A program made the translations under genes and the position numbers. 64,000 bases of DNA from the NCBI GenBank assembly GCA_040954595.2, contig CM082576.2:17159028-17223027 (forward strand), read 5' to 3'. Below the pieces are notes generated by a model. That model was given only the letters and a program-made list of their open reading frames with translations. It was not told where the DNA came from and made no database searches. The DNA comes from Balanoglossus misakiensis. Taxonomy: Eukaryota; Animalia; Hemichordata. This document shows positions 13,279-26,100 of this stretch, piece after piece (within the stretch, counting starts at the first letter, position 1; each line of letters starts with the position of its first letter).

Positions 13279-14099
13279 GGGACCGTTCAGTTTTTACGGC
13301 CGGGGGGGGGGGCGGCAAAATCCAGGGGGGGGGGGGGTTACTTAAATTTTGAAGTCCACAAGGGGGGGGGGTCATGTTTTTTGTTTAACGTTTAGGGGGG
13401 GGGGGTCACATACTTTTGCCACCGAACTTTTGCTTTTGAGTCCACAAAATTGCAGTTTCGCGCCCTTTATTTTACAAAATTTTCTAATGTACGAGGGGGA
13501 CACCCCCTCCCACACCCACCCCCCTTCATTATTCGCCACATTGCATTTATTCATTGGTTTGTCTAGTGTACCAGGGAAGACTTCTTGCCACCCGACCCCT
13601 ATGCTTACTTTGAGTGGAGTGGCAAAATTAAAATTTGTCCTCCCTAACATTGAGTTAATTTGCTTTTGAGTTCATTAAATTGCAACTTTGAGCACCGTAT
13701 TTGACAAAAATTTCTTATGTGGGAGAGCGACACGCCCACCCACGCCACTTTTCTTGTTTAACCGATTCTAGCAACTATTGTATTGACTTTTCATTTCAAT
13801 TTGTTCATAGATTTCTTTATTGCAACGATATACTATTATATACTTCAATAACACTTTAAGAAATATATAATTGAGGTGTGAGGAGCCTCATTCCCTTTAT
13901 TGCATACAGTGTACATAGGATCAGGACGGCGAATGTTTTGGGCGTGGGGGGGGGGTCATCATATTTTTGGGTCTGTCAAAGGGGGGGGGTCATCATTTTT
14001 TGGTCCTGGGTGAAGGGGGGGTCGGCCTGATTTTGAGAACCGATGACACAAACTTGCCGCCCCCCCCCCCCCCCCCTGCCGTAAAAACTGAACGGTCCC
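13279..14099. mobile_element. Harbinger/PIF-like non-autonomous element
   Basis: tta|gggaccgttcagtttttacggc ... gccgtaaaaactgaacggtccc|tta (3-bp TWA TSD). Partial duplicate of the left end at ~13086-13228; related short element at ~60251-60454. Confidence 0.8.
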
Positions 14100-14180
14100 T
14101 TACTTTCAGTTGGATTTTCTTTACCACTGAAAGCAAGATCTTAATGTGTTCAGTAAAGGGCAATTTCCTGTTGTTTTTAG

Positions 14181-17100
14181 ATGGAGTGCCCTTCCTTTTT
14201 GATAGGAGAGCTGGTGTGGGGTAAGCTGCAGGCTCGAAATCCTTGGTGGCCTGCAAAGATCGTGCCTCAGGAAGAGGTTAAGCAGAAAGGTGTGGTGGTA
14301 CAACCTAATCAAAGATGGGTACTTTGGTTTGGAGATTTTAGACATTCATTGGTAAGTCAAGATTACTGCAGCCTCCTTCAAGTGTAGCAAATGCTGTGAA
14401 AAGAAATGTGGTTGTTTAGAAAACATATGTCATCATTGATTTTGTATTTCAAAAAATATAAACCATTTGCAATATTGTTATATTTACAGGTGAAAGTAGG
14501 TACTCGTTTCATCTTTAAATCAGTTTCTTCCAGGATGGCATCAACAGGGGGAATATTTCCCCTTTGCCAGAATATTGGGGGGGGGGGGGGATTCCACTCT
14601 GGCATGGGGGAATGTTATATCTCTGACAGTGACATGTAAGTGACATCACTTAAAGAGGTGCTGGTCCCCCCTTGGCAAAGTGCCAGGGGTGCCAACATGT
14701 CAACAGGGGGTGAATCCCCCAATCCCCCCATCTGGATGAAACAGTCTGTTTAAATACAGCATTGTCAATGTGGTTAACACTTTGTATGTCACACAGTACA
14801 AGAGAAAAGTTAACCAACTGCAGTTGTTGTCCAGCTTTGCCAATGCTTTCTGCAGTTTCCTTGCTTCTGAAATAAAATTTAGAAAGTTGCTGTAAGAATG
14901 TGACATGATTCGGAGCGAACTGAATGAATATTGGTTCAGTTATATTGAGAGTTGTGATTGTTCTATCAAGAGAAAGTTTCTAATCACTAAACTGCAATGA
15001 AAATTAGCTTTTGAAATTAACGATAATATTTCCCGTGCAACAAATTTAATGAAACTTGCAATAATATTATTCTCACAGAACTCTGACCATACTGAAAAAT
15101 CTGTACATCAGCGCGTCATTATATTTAAATCCTGATTTGCAAATGTAACAATTTTCTTTACAATCAACTTTTTGAAAATATCTCATTCATGTAAATCACA
15201 ATTACTCTGACTACTGAATCACAAAAATGTTTCTCTCTGCTCAGGTTTCTACTCATTACATGAGGCAGTTCAAGACTTTCAATGGATCCATGAATAGGGT
15301 TGCCTATCAAAGGCGATCTTTATATAAGACTGCAATACACCAAGCCTTAGAGGTAAGTGTGCCAATGTGGATATGTCTCTAATGTTGCTTTGTACAGGCT
15401 GAGTGAGTGTAGACATTAGACATGAACATTATTACAAATTTCAATGTAGCAATGACCTAAGTCTTGATTAAAGGTATACAGTCACCTATGAAAATTGATC
15501 TTCAGTTACCAGGGCAAATTGAGATCTATCCAATCACAGATTTTCAGTGGGTGGCGCATGTGAAAAAAAGAGCGCCACCATATGCTCTTTAATACACTCA
15601 GATAAACCATTTCAGCCATATATGGGTGTATGTAAATTGGACTGATTGTATACCTGTAAGGTAGTGATAATACAAGTCATAGGTTACATTGTCTAGCAAT
15701 CCACAAAAAGTGATGTGACAAGGTGTCTTTTTAAAAAGTCTGCATACTTTTAAAGTGTTTTTCTGGTTTCCAAGTAAACTGCTTGTCTTTGGGAAAGCCT
15801 GTATTTCTGCGCTTGATGTAAAATATGGATGACATATTCTCCAACAGTTTGCTGTCAGTAGAGCCAAGGTGGAAATTAATCCCATGCCCATTTGCCCGTT
15901 GTCAAGTATTGCTTTGAAGACAAGGTATGAGGAACTGATGTGTTGGGCAAAGAACGACTTCCCTCCAGATGGTCCAGATTCTTTAATGCCATCCACAGGT
16001 AAGAAGAAAGTTGAGCCTTGGTAGATGAATTCACTGTTTGCTATGACAAGAGACTATGATATTGGTTGACTGTATATGATGGACATTAGATGGTATGATT
16101 ATGTAGATAGTTGACTATAGCTAGTCCAACCAAAGGATCTAAACAATTTGTGGTCTCACCAAGGATCAATCAATCTATGACTAAATCTGGTGCAGTCACC
16201 CCCTACATTTTGTAATTTGCTAATATTTTTGTTTGTTCAGCTTTGGAAAATATGGCAAAATAAGAGTGAACATAATGTTTGTGGTACCACGAGTTGAAGA
16301 CGAATGGTGACCTGGCCATGACGTTACTATTTTGTGCTCGGCTGAATAAACAAAAATATTTGTAAATAACATACTTATCTAATGCACAGGCCAAGTTTTT
16401 GTCATGTTTTTCACACTGAACCATGTTTTTGCCGTCAACTTGACGTGTTTAATTTGGTACTATGTTTTTTGTTGATATTTGTCCACTGACCACTACTTGT
16501 CAATCATCTGCTGTCACCATGGTGATAGTGTTACACTTGTTGTGTATGCATTGATGCACATCGACAGGCAGCAGGCAGGACTGGTTGGAGACTCAAAATG
16601 ACTTGTCCAGTCACAAAGTCTCACTAAATTATCAGTTCTAAATTGACATTACCCGTAGATGCGTGTTATCATGAGGTAGAAATGACCAGAGTACAAATCC
16701 CGGTAGTTTCTGTTCCGCATTGACAAACGGGTCTTGTGCATGTGGTAGCAGGAGTTTGTTTTGTTTTGCATGTGTGCATGTCATATATCACTTAGGCAGT
16801 GTTATATAACACACTAAACTGTTGTACATTGAACAATGTTAATCATTATGTTGTACTTTAACTTGTATCAAATGTTTTTACACATAAATGGTCATATTGT
16901 GTTACAATTATCTCTTCCAGAGGAGACCATGGCAACAGATGGGGCAGATGAAGCTAGCAGTGCAGGTGATTCTCGTCGACAACGGGAGTTCGTAAAAAAA
17001 AGTAAGAAGTGTATAAAGTTGTAGTCTGAACCTCTTTCAGGCGTGCTGAATGATCTGTACTGGGTTTAGGGACTCTCGCAATCCAGATATGCCTGTTCCA

Positions 17101-20100
17101 TCTGATTTCAGAGATAACTCCCTGTGGCTTAGATGCATGTCTATGTGGACATTAAAGGTATACGGTCACCTATGGAAAATTAGCTATTGTTACCATTGCA
17201 AATTGAGATCTAGCCAATCACAGATTTTCAGTGATGTGGCACACGCGAAAAAAAGAGCGCCATCATATGTTCCTTAGAAGCCCTCAAATACTCCATTTCA
17301 GCCGTATATGGTCGTATGTAAGTTGGAGGTGACTGTATACCTTTAATGATTTCTGGTAGGTTCTAATGTGGCTAGTTGACACCAACGTTCAAAATATTTT
17401 CATGTTTTCACAAATCAGGAATGATGTCAGTCAAACTTAGTTCACGGAATACGCTAGTACCGGTACATTCATAGGCACATTAAAGGCCCATGAGCCTCAA
17501 CTGGATAAAAGAAATAAGCTTTAAATAATTTCAGATAGGATTTTAATTTTTGTTTTTTTATTATATTTAAAACAATGTGACAAAAATAGCAATATTGTTC
17601 TCTCGACATATATTGTGGTGCACCATCCCTTGTGGAGAAACAGAAATCATGTGTTGTTAATATGTAAACTCCATTTTGAATGAATAATTCAGTTTTAATA
17701 ATGATGACCAATTCTGTTTTGTTCTTTTGCACAGTGAAAAGAATAAAGGAGATCAGAAAGATTAGAGTGAAGGAAGTTAAAAAACGAAAGAAAGAGTTAA
17801 AGGGTATGTGAGAGGATTTTTGTTTCTTTCATTAATACTGCATGTACTGCGCAACAGTAGAAAGATCAGCAATGGTAAATATTTACATCACACATGTTTT
17901 AATCTAATGTAAGGTAATCAAATTATACACCACTTTCAAGAGAGGAAGAACATACTTTGGGGGATATGAACACAGACCTTATCAGACAGATTATCACATA
18001 GCAAGAGAGATAGTACACAGAAACATTTCATTTCAAACAAACATTGTATTTCAGTGATGGCTCTTAGGTAGAACATTATGTGCACCAAGCATTGCATTGT
18101 AATACATTTTATCTGGTCCTACAGATTTTTGCCTGGTTTGTGGGGATGAATCTGTGGTAACTGGACATCCATTGTTTGAAGGAGGTCTTTGTGAGGATTG
18201 TAGGGTATGTAATGGGGGGTGGGGGCAACTAAAGCTTGTTCAATTTTTAGGTGTTGTTTTTTATTTATACGCCTTAATATTATAATAGAAGATATTTTCC
18301 AACTTAGGCCTGTTCAATAAAAATGGCCTGATCTTAAGTCAACCAGTGAGTTAAGAAATGTATGTCAGCTACCTGTAGTCGAATGAAAAAAACTAGAAAT
18401 CAAAAGAAACTAAATAACTCAAATAATATCAACGTTTAGTGACTGACTGCAAATCAGTATGGGATTCTATCATTGACACAGAATTACTATTTCTCATTTT
18501 AGAAAGATTTCTTGAAGTCCGCTTTTGTGTATGATGAAGATGGCAGTCGGGTAATATGCACAGTTTATTTTTTTTATTTTTGTTCTAAATTTGTTTTGTG
18601 TCCATATGCCATTAAGGTGCAGGTTATCATGTGTAGTCAAAGTAACTTTACTTCTTTTGAGGATTTGCAGATTTGCGGTTGATTAATAGAATCTCACACT
18701 CCCAAGGACCTGGGATCATATTTCTCACATAATACACTTCGTGCCATTGAATAACATTTACACGCATAGCAATAGAACGCTTTGTCATCCAATCAGCGCT
18801 CACATCACATAGACCTTTCGATTCTGTGAGAGTGTGGGATCAATTTGTTCTCACGCTCTGATCCCACATCTCCTTAAAGTGTTTTTCCCATATCTTGCAG
18901 TCTCTCTGTTCAGTCTGTTCTGAAGGCAAGACAACCTTAATCTGTGATAAACATGGCTGTGATAACATATTTTGCACATGCTGCTTGGATGTTCTAGTTG
19001 GTCCTGGAACTTCGCAAAAGGTATGTGTGGATACTGTAGGCATAAGAATTATTTGATAAGGCTGCATTCACAAACACCTCTTGAGGGGGGGGGGGAGAAT
19101 TGAGGGGGGAATTTGAAAACATTGAGGGTACAAATGTATGTAAGGGGGGGATTGAAATAATTTAGTGACTGAAAGGGGGGGACTTGAAAACTTTGAGGAC
19201 TAAATATTTATTACGAGTCCACAAAAATGCAGTTTTGAACCCTTCATAATACAAATTTTTCTCACACCTGCCCCCTTCATTCATCAACACCCTTCAATCA
19301 TTGGCTAGTTTATCTAATGGCCCAGGTCAGGGGACTTGCCCCCCCCCCCCCCCCCCCCCAATGCTATCTTTGAGCGGCGAAGGTTAAATTTGTCCTCCCC
19401 AACATACCGGTAGTTGGGTTAATTTGCTTTTGGGTTCATTAAAATGCAGCTTTGAGCTCTGTATTTTATAAAATTGTCTTACGTAGGAGGGGAACACCCC
19501 CTCCCAAACCCACCCCCTTCACTTCTCTGTTTACAATGTCTGTCAACACAGAATACAAGTACTTACAAAATAAAAAACAATGTTCAGTTTTAATACCCAC
19601 TGATGACGGAAAACATCAGTTTCAAATTCTTTACATGGGAGCGCTGTTTTTTTTTTTACAAGACAGATAGGTGATGAGTTTTGCTGTGTGAAAGAAAATG
19701 TTCAAACAGCGCATATATATATATAATTCACCATCCCCACCTGATGGGGGGGGGGGATTTCAAAATTTTAGCAGTTCGGAAAGGGGGGATTTGAAAATAT
19801 TTCGGCATGTGAAAATTAACGGTAAAAAAATTTGAATTCTCCTGCCCCCCCCCCCCCCCCCCCCCCCTCCTGAGGTGTTTGTGAATGCAGCCTAAAGTTT
19901 ACTGGTATGTGGCCAGCTAATGAAGAATGATGAGAGAATTTGGCCAAAGTAATTAGACTCTTTGGTTTGCTTCCACTCAAAATTCTGAAAGGGGGGCCGG
20001 AGTGGGTAGAAGGTTATAAAATACACACACCAAATTTAACTCAAAACAATCTTCCTTCATTCATTTTCTCATATGCTAGTTTATTTCACTTGAGTGCTGG

Positions 20101-23100
20101 ATGGCTAGACCACCACCAACAAGCTGGGGGAAGTCCCTGCATATCCTGTTCGAGTATTGTATTGCAGTGACCAAGTTAACAATTAAGCTACGCTCATGAT
20201 GTTCTGGTCAGGACACTCACCAACATGCACGTCCTGTATGTCCACTGTGCCTGTACCCGCTTCATCGCCACCATTACCATGATTCGACATGAAGCTTTCT
20301 TTGCATTTAGATCAGTGTAAATTGCGGTGTCTTCACATGTGATTTGAGTGGCTGTTCAGTGCGGTGCCCCGACCCTGGACCCCCCACCCCTCAACAGTGT
20401 CTCAGAAAAGGGGGTGGCCCAGGGCCGCTCTCACCTTTTCACACGTGACACGTGGCTGCCCAAGGGGTGGCCTAAACCTCACACGTGAAAGCGGTATATG
20501 TCTAAAAATAGCACAGTGGGATCAAAACAACCACTAGTGCGTGCGAACTTTTGTGCTCAAAATTTAGCTAATTTTGTTTGATGAATATTGAACTGGACAT
20601 GTGTACGACGCAGGCTGAAAGGAGTTTGGCGCAGGAGTTTCTGATAAATGTGTCCAAAATACACACACAACCTCTGAAGAGCCATATTAATCTTCATATT
20701 ATTTGTGGCAGGAATTGCAAAATGAAGAAGACCCATGGATATGCTATTTGTGCAGACCAAAGGATGTGCATGGGCTCTTGAAACGCAGGAAAGACTGGAG
20801 ACAAAGGCTTCATCAGATGATGAAGGGTGATGTGGATAGTGCACGGTTTCCAAACAACTTTGTCTATCAACTTGTTCCTGTGAAAGAGAGAAAGCGACTG
20901 AGGGTTTTGTCTTTGAATGATAATATTGGGGCAGGTTAGTACTGCAGTAGTTGCTAGAAAAGTTGGAATCAGGATAGTGAAAGGTCCACTGTCTGTAACT
21001 TTTGGTTATTTCAGGAATTTCATTCTGTGTATCAACTATGGTTTCTTGTTTGGCTCCCAAGCACGGGACTTATTGAAAATCTTCTCAACATAGCCCATAC
21101 TATGTGCACATTAAAAGAAGACAGCAAAGTACTAGTCTTTGTAAATGTCTAAAATTGTATAACAATTGTTCAAATGATTTGTCTTGCAAAGGCCGAGTGG
21201 TACTGAAGAATTTGGGATTTGACATTGCTTATTACTATGCCTCTGAGGATGATAAGACCAAAATGCAAGCTGTCAACATAGCATCAATACAACACTCTGA
21301 ATTCATCACACATGTACCTGAGATCAGACTGATCACTTTTGAAGACGTAAGTTTATGACCTTTTTCCACATTTTTTGTACATTGTAAAATAAAACCATAC
21401 ATTAAAGGTACATGAGCTGCAACTGGATAAAGAAAATAAAATTTCAAATAATCTCATAATATTATATACTTTTAATTATGTCTATTAAATGATATTTCAT
21501 GATAATATATAAAGCTCAACTCTTATTTCTGACAAAATGGCCAAAAATTAAAGAAAAACGAAAACTCCTGCAATTTTTTAAAAAAAGTGCAATATTGCAA
21601 TGAAAAAGGAAAATATAATGTGTCAGCAGTGTACATTTACTTCCACGAGCTCAAGTGGATGAGATCGTGTTTTTTTTATAAAGTTTCATAACCGGAAATG
21701 CAACATTTTCGTTGTTTTTTGCATTTTCCCACGGTGGCGGCCATAATCGCTTGCGGCAAAGCTTTATTATTTATCTGGTTAGAACTTGCATATGCACTAA
21801 TATTTAGGGTTTATAATGCCTGTGTATAGTTCACTGCCTTCAACTGCATGGACTAGTGGTAGTACAGTTTGAAACAAAAATTTTGATAATTTTCCCAAAA
21901 GTTGCAGCTTATGTACCTTTAATGGGCGGGTGGGGGTGGGGTTGGAGGATGCATATAATGCACTGTATATCTAATGTTTGATTTTGCTTTAACCCTTTCC
22001 AAATCATGGTTTGGCCCAAATGAATTGTTTTCTATGGAAAATTTTGACCTCTACCGGTATACAGAGAACTGGGGTGAAAGAGTGAAATGAAAAAGTGAGT
22101 GGATACCACTATTTTATTTGCTTGTAATGTAGTCAAGTGAAATCTGAATTGGGAAATTATTGCGTGGTCTGTCTATATGAATGTAATGTGATGTGTTTTT
22201 ATTTCTGTAGCTGGAAAAGTGGCAACCAATTGATCTTCTGATTGGCAACTGTCCTGTCGGTGATATCTTGGAAGGCAATCATAGTAAGAGAGCAGTTCCT
22301 GCTTATAGTTATGGTTTACGTGAGTATAATTTTTTTTTAACAGTCACTTACATCTACCTGTAACTGCCACCAAAGTAAAAAAAATGGCTGCTGTCTGGCT
22401 GCAGGGCACCACCAGCAGCAAAGGTAAGAGTGGACTATACAGATAATGTCCTTTACTTTTATTTATAAAGTCTTAGCGATGTAACTTTATGGACAGGGTG
22501 TCAATTAAAGTACCGTATATACATGTATAGCCTCAAAGTTTTGGAGGCTTTACATAATTTCTGTGGTAGGCCTGATTTGTATTTGTGCAGTTTGGCCCAC
22601 AGTGAATGTTAACCCTTTCATGGCCATATAGTTGAGTCCAAACCCATTGTTTTCTATGCTAAAGTTGGACCTCTATGCAGGGAACTAGGGGTGAAAGGGT
22701 TAAACAAGCAAAAGCTGACAGCTACGTGTATACGGCCAGTTAATCTTGTCTGTTACTTACTATGAGTGTCTTTTGTCTTAATTTTCCACAAACAGATCCT
22801 GCTGTTGCCCGGGCCATGGACTTTTTCAGGATTTGTGATCAACTGGCCAAAACTAGGGATCCCAACCGACCCTTCTTCTGGTTGTTTGAAGCAGAAAGTG
22901 ATATCAGTGTGAGGGATAGCAACACAATTTCCAATTTCCTCAAGGTAAATGCATAAAATAATGAGAATTTAAAGAGTTATAAGCAGCATCTCCCTTAGAC
23001 TATTTTATTTTCAATTAATATATGCATGGCCAATTAACTCATGTTCTAGGAGTATATATAATGAGTAATGTTTTCTTTGTGAGAAGATTGTTTAACCCTT

Positions 23101-26100
23101 TCTGGCCTGGCTTTCTGGGAACGTACCCAAATTTCTCCTATACGGGTATGTAGGATATCCGGCCAGAAAGGGTTAAGTATCTTGTCACATACATAGCTCC
23201 GTGTACCATAGTATGACGTCAGACGTAAGGAAAATTTGCACCAAGCGTTATTGTAATTACCATCCCTCTGATGTCACCAAACGGAACTATTTTAAACTTG
23301 TAAACAAAGTCCCCTTAGGGCGACAAAATTCAGTGTAATTGTTGGTTTTATTTCGATATAAAAACATAAGCAAAGATAAATAAAATGTTTCGTATGTGTA
23401 AATATGGACGATCGACGATTTAGTTTTACCTGTGTACATTTTTATCGCACCAACCGGCACCAAAACTGTCGCGAGGTCGGCAGTGCTGAGCCAATGTCGT
23501 CGCGTTGTCGAACGAGCAACAGGTACAAATTTGAGTATTCGCAAAAAAAATTGATGCGACGATTAGAGCAAAACGGTCTAATCTTAAAGCAAAAGGCATA
23601 AGAAAGGTTTCCTGCTCCAGTGAAACCTTGACGGACGATGAAATCCAGCTGATGCACGACAGACGGGTCATCGCCAAAACCAGAATCGTCCAGGTCGTGA
23701 CCTGAGTCACCTGACAGCTAGACCGCATAACATCGATCTTCAATTTTGCACAAAATAGTTCCAAATTTTATCGCAACCACAAAGATTTATTTGAAAATCA
23801 AAATTAGCGGATCTATGTATGTGATAAACATATAATTCCCCCGTATTCCTCACTCGTGTACCTGCGTCGCAAACTCGTGATTCCCCGTATAGCTATATCC
23901 CGTCTCGCCTGCGGCTCGGAGGGATACGGCCGCTATATGGGGAATCACTCGTCCGCGACGCAGGCACACTCGTTCGAAATACGGGGGTCTTATATATAAA
24001 AATTTCATGTAGCTGTTTCAAAAATTACATGAAAAAGTCAAACTGCTGACTGTTTGGCGTAGTTTATTATGGTTGCCAGATATTGTATGCAAAAATATAT
24101 ATACAAAGGTGGCTGTTCTAGTGTTTTCACAATGTTTTACCTGAATGTTTCGTGACAGTAAAGCAATGCAAATAATTTGAAATTGTTCCAAAATACAAGT
24201 AATGCCTCATGTGGTAAGAATAATCGTATTTAGTATACCCCTAAATATTTGTCTCAAAATTAGGATGAACCATTGGAATTTGATGCCAAGTTTGTATCTG
24301 CCATTGACAGAAAGAGACTCTTCTGGGGAAATTTACCTGGTATGCACAGGTAAGAGATTTTAAGACAAATGTCTCACATACATGGCTATGGAATATGTTA
24401 ACCATATGCTGTACTAGGGAGTCCCTACCCTAAAATTAATCCCTGACCCTTTTTTTCCATTGTAGACCAGGTTTCACTAAAATGGATTTCAGCAAGAAGA
24501 CATTGCAAGACTGTTTACAACCGAATGTAGCGAGAGAAGCAAAGGTATCCATAAAACAATGAGATCCTTTTTTCTCAAGATGACAATAATAATAATAATA
24601 ATAATAATAATATTTATAATGCAGGTAATCTCCAAATCAAAGCTGGATGCGCCAGAATGACAAAATAAACTCAGGAGGAGGAACTATTGAAACAACATCA
24701 TTGGAAACAAGGGAAAATGAAAGGGGAAAAAGTCAAAATTGTTCTATAAAGAGATAGGACTTGAGTGAACGGTGAAAGGAAAGGATTGATTATTTGTCAA
24801 GATGACAGAAACTTTGTGAAATTAGAATCTGTATGTTTGTCACTTCTGCTTCCCCATTTAAAAAAAAAATCTCTGCATCTATTTTCTATCAGATGGAGAA
24901 AATAGACATCATCAGGTTCAAGAATATCCAGACGCAAACAGATTTGCCGGTGATTAATCACAAAAATGAAGATGATGAACTCTGGATCACAGAGATCGAA
25001 AGGTGTGTGCGCCACTTTCCTATTGATGGAATAAACGTCCAAATTGTTGAGGATAAGGCATTCTATTTTTTTTCTGGTGCAACTTGAGAAAAGTAATTTC
25101 CATTGTAACTAAAAACTCCCATTTCTATATCCTTCAAATCGATGAAATATTCCTCGGTATTTCTGAAGTTTTAACAAATTCAATGTGGTAAGTTTTTGTA
25201 TGCAGTCAAAACCAGAATTGGTGGTTACCGCATCTGTACAGTGGTGCCACTAGTCTAGAATATCACTTTGTTACAGTGCAGTGCCTATGCAATTTACATT
25301 GTAAATGTGCATTAATTGACCTGTCTATATAGGCCACCCGTTTATAAAGTTTAGAAAGTCCCTTGACTAGTCACTATAGAAGGTTTGACTAAAATACATT
25401 GTATAATCCAATACTTATACAAAGTCACATCAACTTTGGTGAGTGGATTAGTTCCTGCTGATGAAGTCCACCTGTGGAACTGTAATTATGAATTGGGTCT
25501 AATTCAATGATTGCCAGTTTGCAGTGAATGATCTGTCTCACCAACTTTGATTGTTGGACAGAATTATTTCTGCACTGTAACTGTATGTAAGCCAGATCAC
25601 CCCAACACTAACCATACACAAGTCTTTCATGAAGTATGTTTCTTGAACTTTTGGCTGAGTGAAAAGATTCAAAGACATATTGGACAAGACCACAGGCCAA
25701 TATGTCACAAACCATATACGGTACATTGGCCATGTTGAGTTTGTAAATTCATGGAATGCAAAAACAGCCATAAAAGTTTTCTACCCACATTTGAGTTGGA
25801 ATCAAACCATAGTGGTGAAAGGGTTAAGACACTGTTAGCTTACTGAAGTCTTTGCTGTGAAGTTGAATATAATTTTCTTTAACGAGCCTTCTGAGAATTG
25901 TTGTCATAAATAGGTATGGTTTTACTTTCGAGATTTTGTGAACAATCTCCAACTCTGAATGTAGTATAGTGAAACCTGTCATTACGGACACCTCTCTATT
26001 GAGGACAGATTTTTTGGTCCCTGAGGTGTCCTTAATAGACAGGTTTCAGGTATTAACACATATGTAATAGGCCCGAAATTTCAATAGTGCTGAAGGATTA

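Noticed and set aside
13106-14076. Poly-G/poly-C runs as functional G-quadruplex elements
   Set aside because: They are subterminal tracts of MITEs, and homopolymer lengths are unreliable in assemblies.
7449-14181. Direct splice of the last Tudor exon to the main PWWP acceptor
   Set aside because: Phase 1 donor to phase 0 acceptor causes a frameshift; only the alternative 14206 acceptor or an unseen bridging exon would work.
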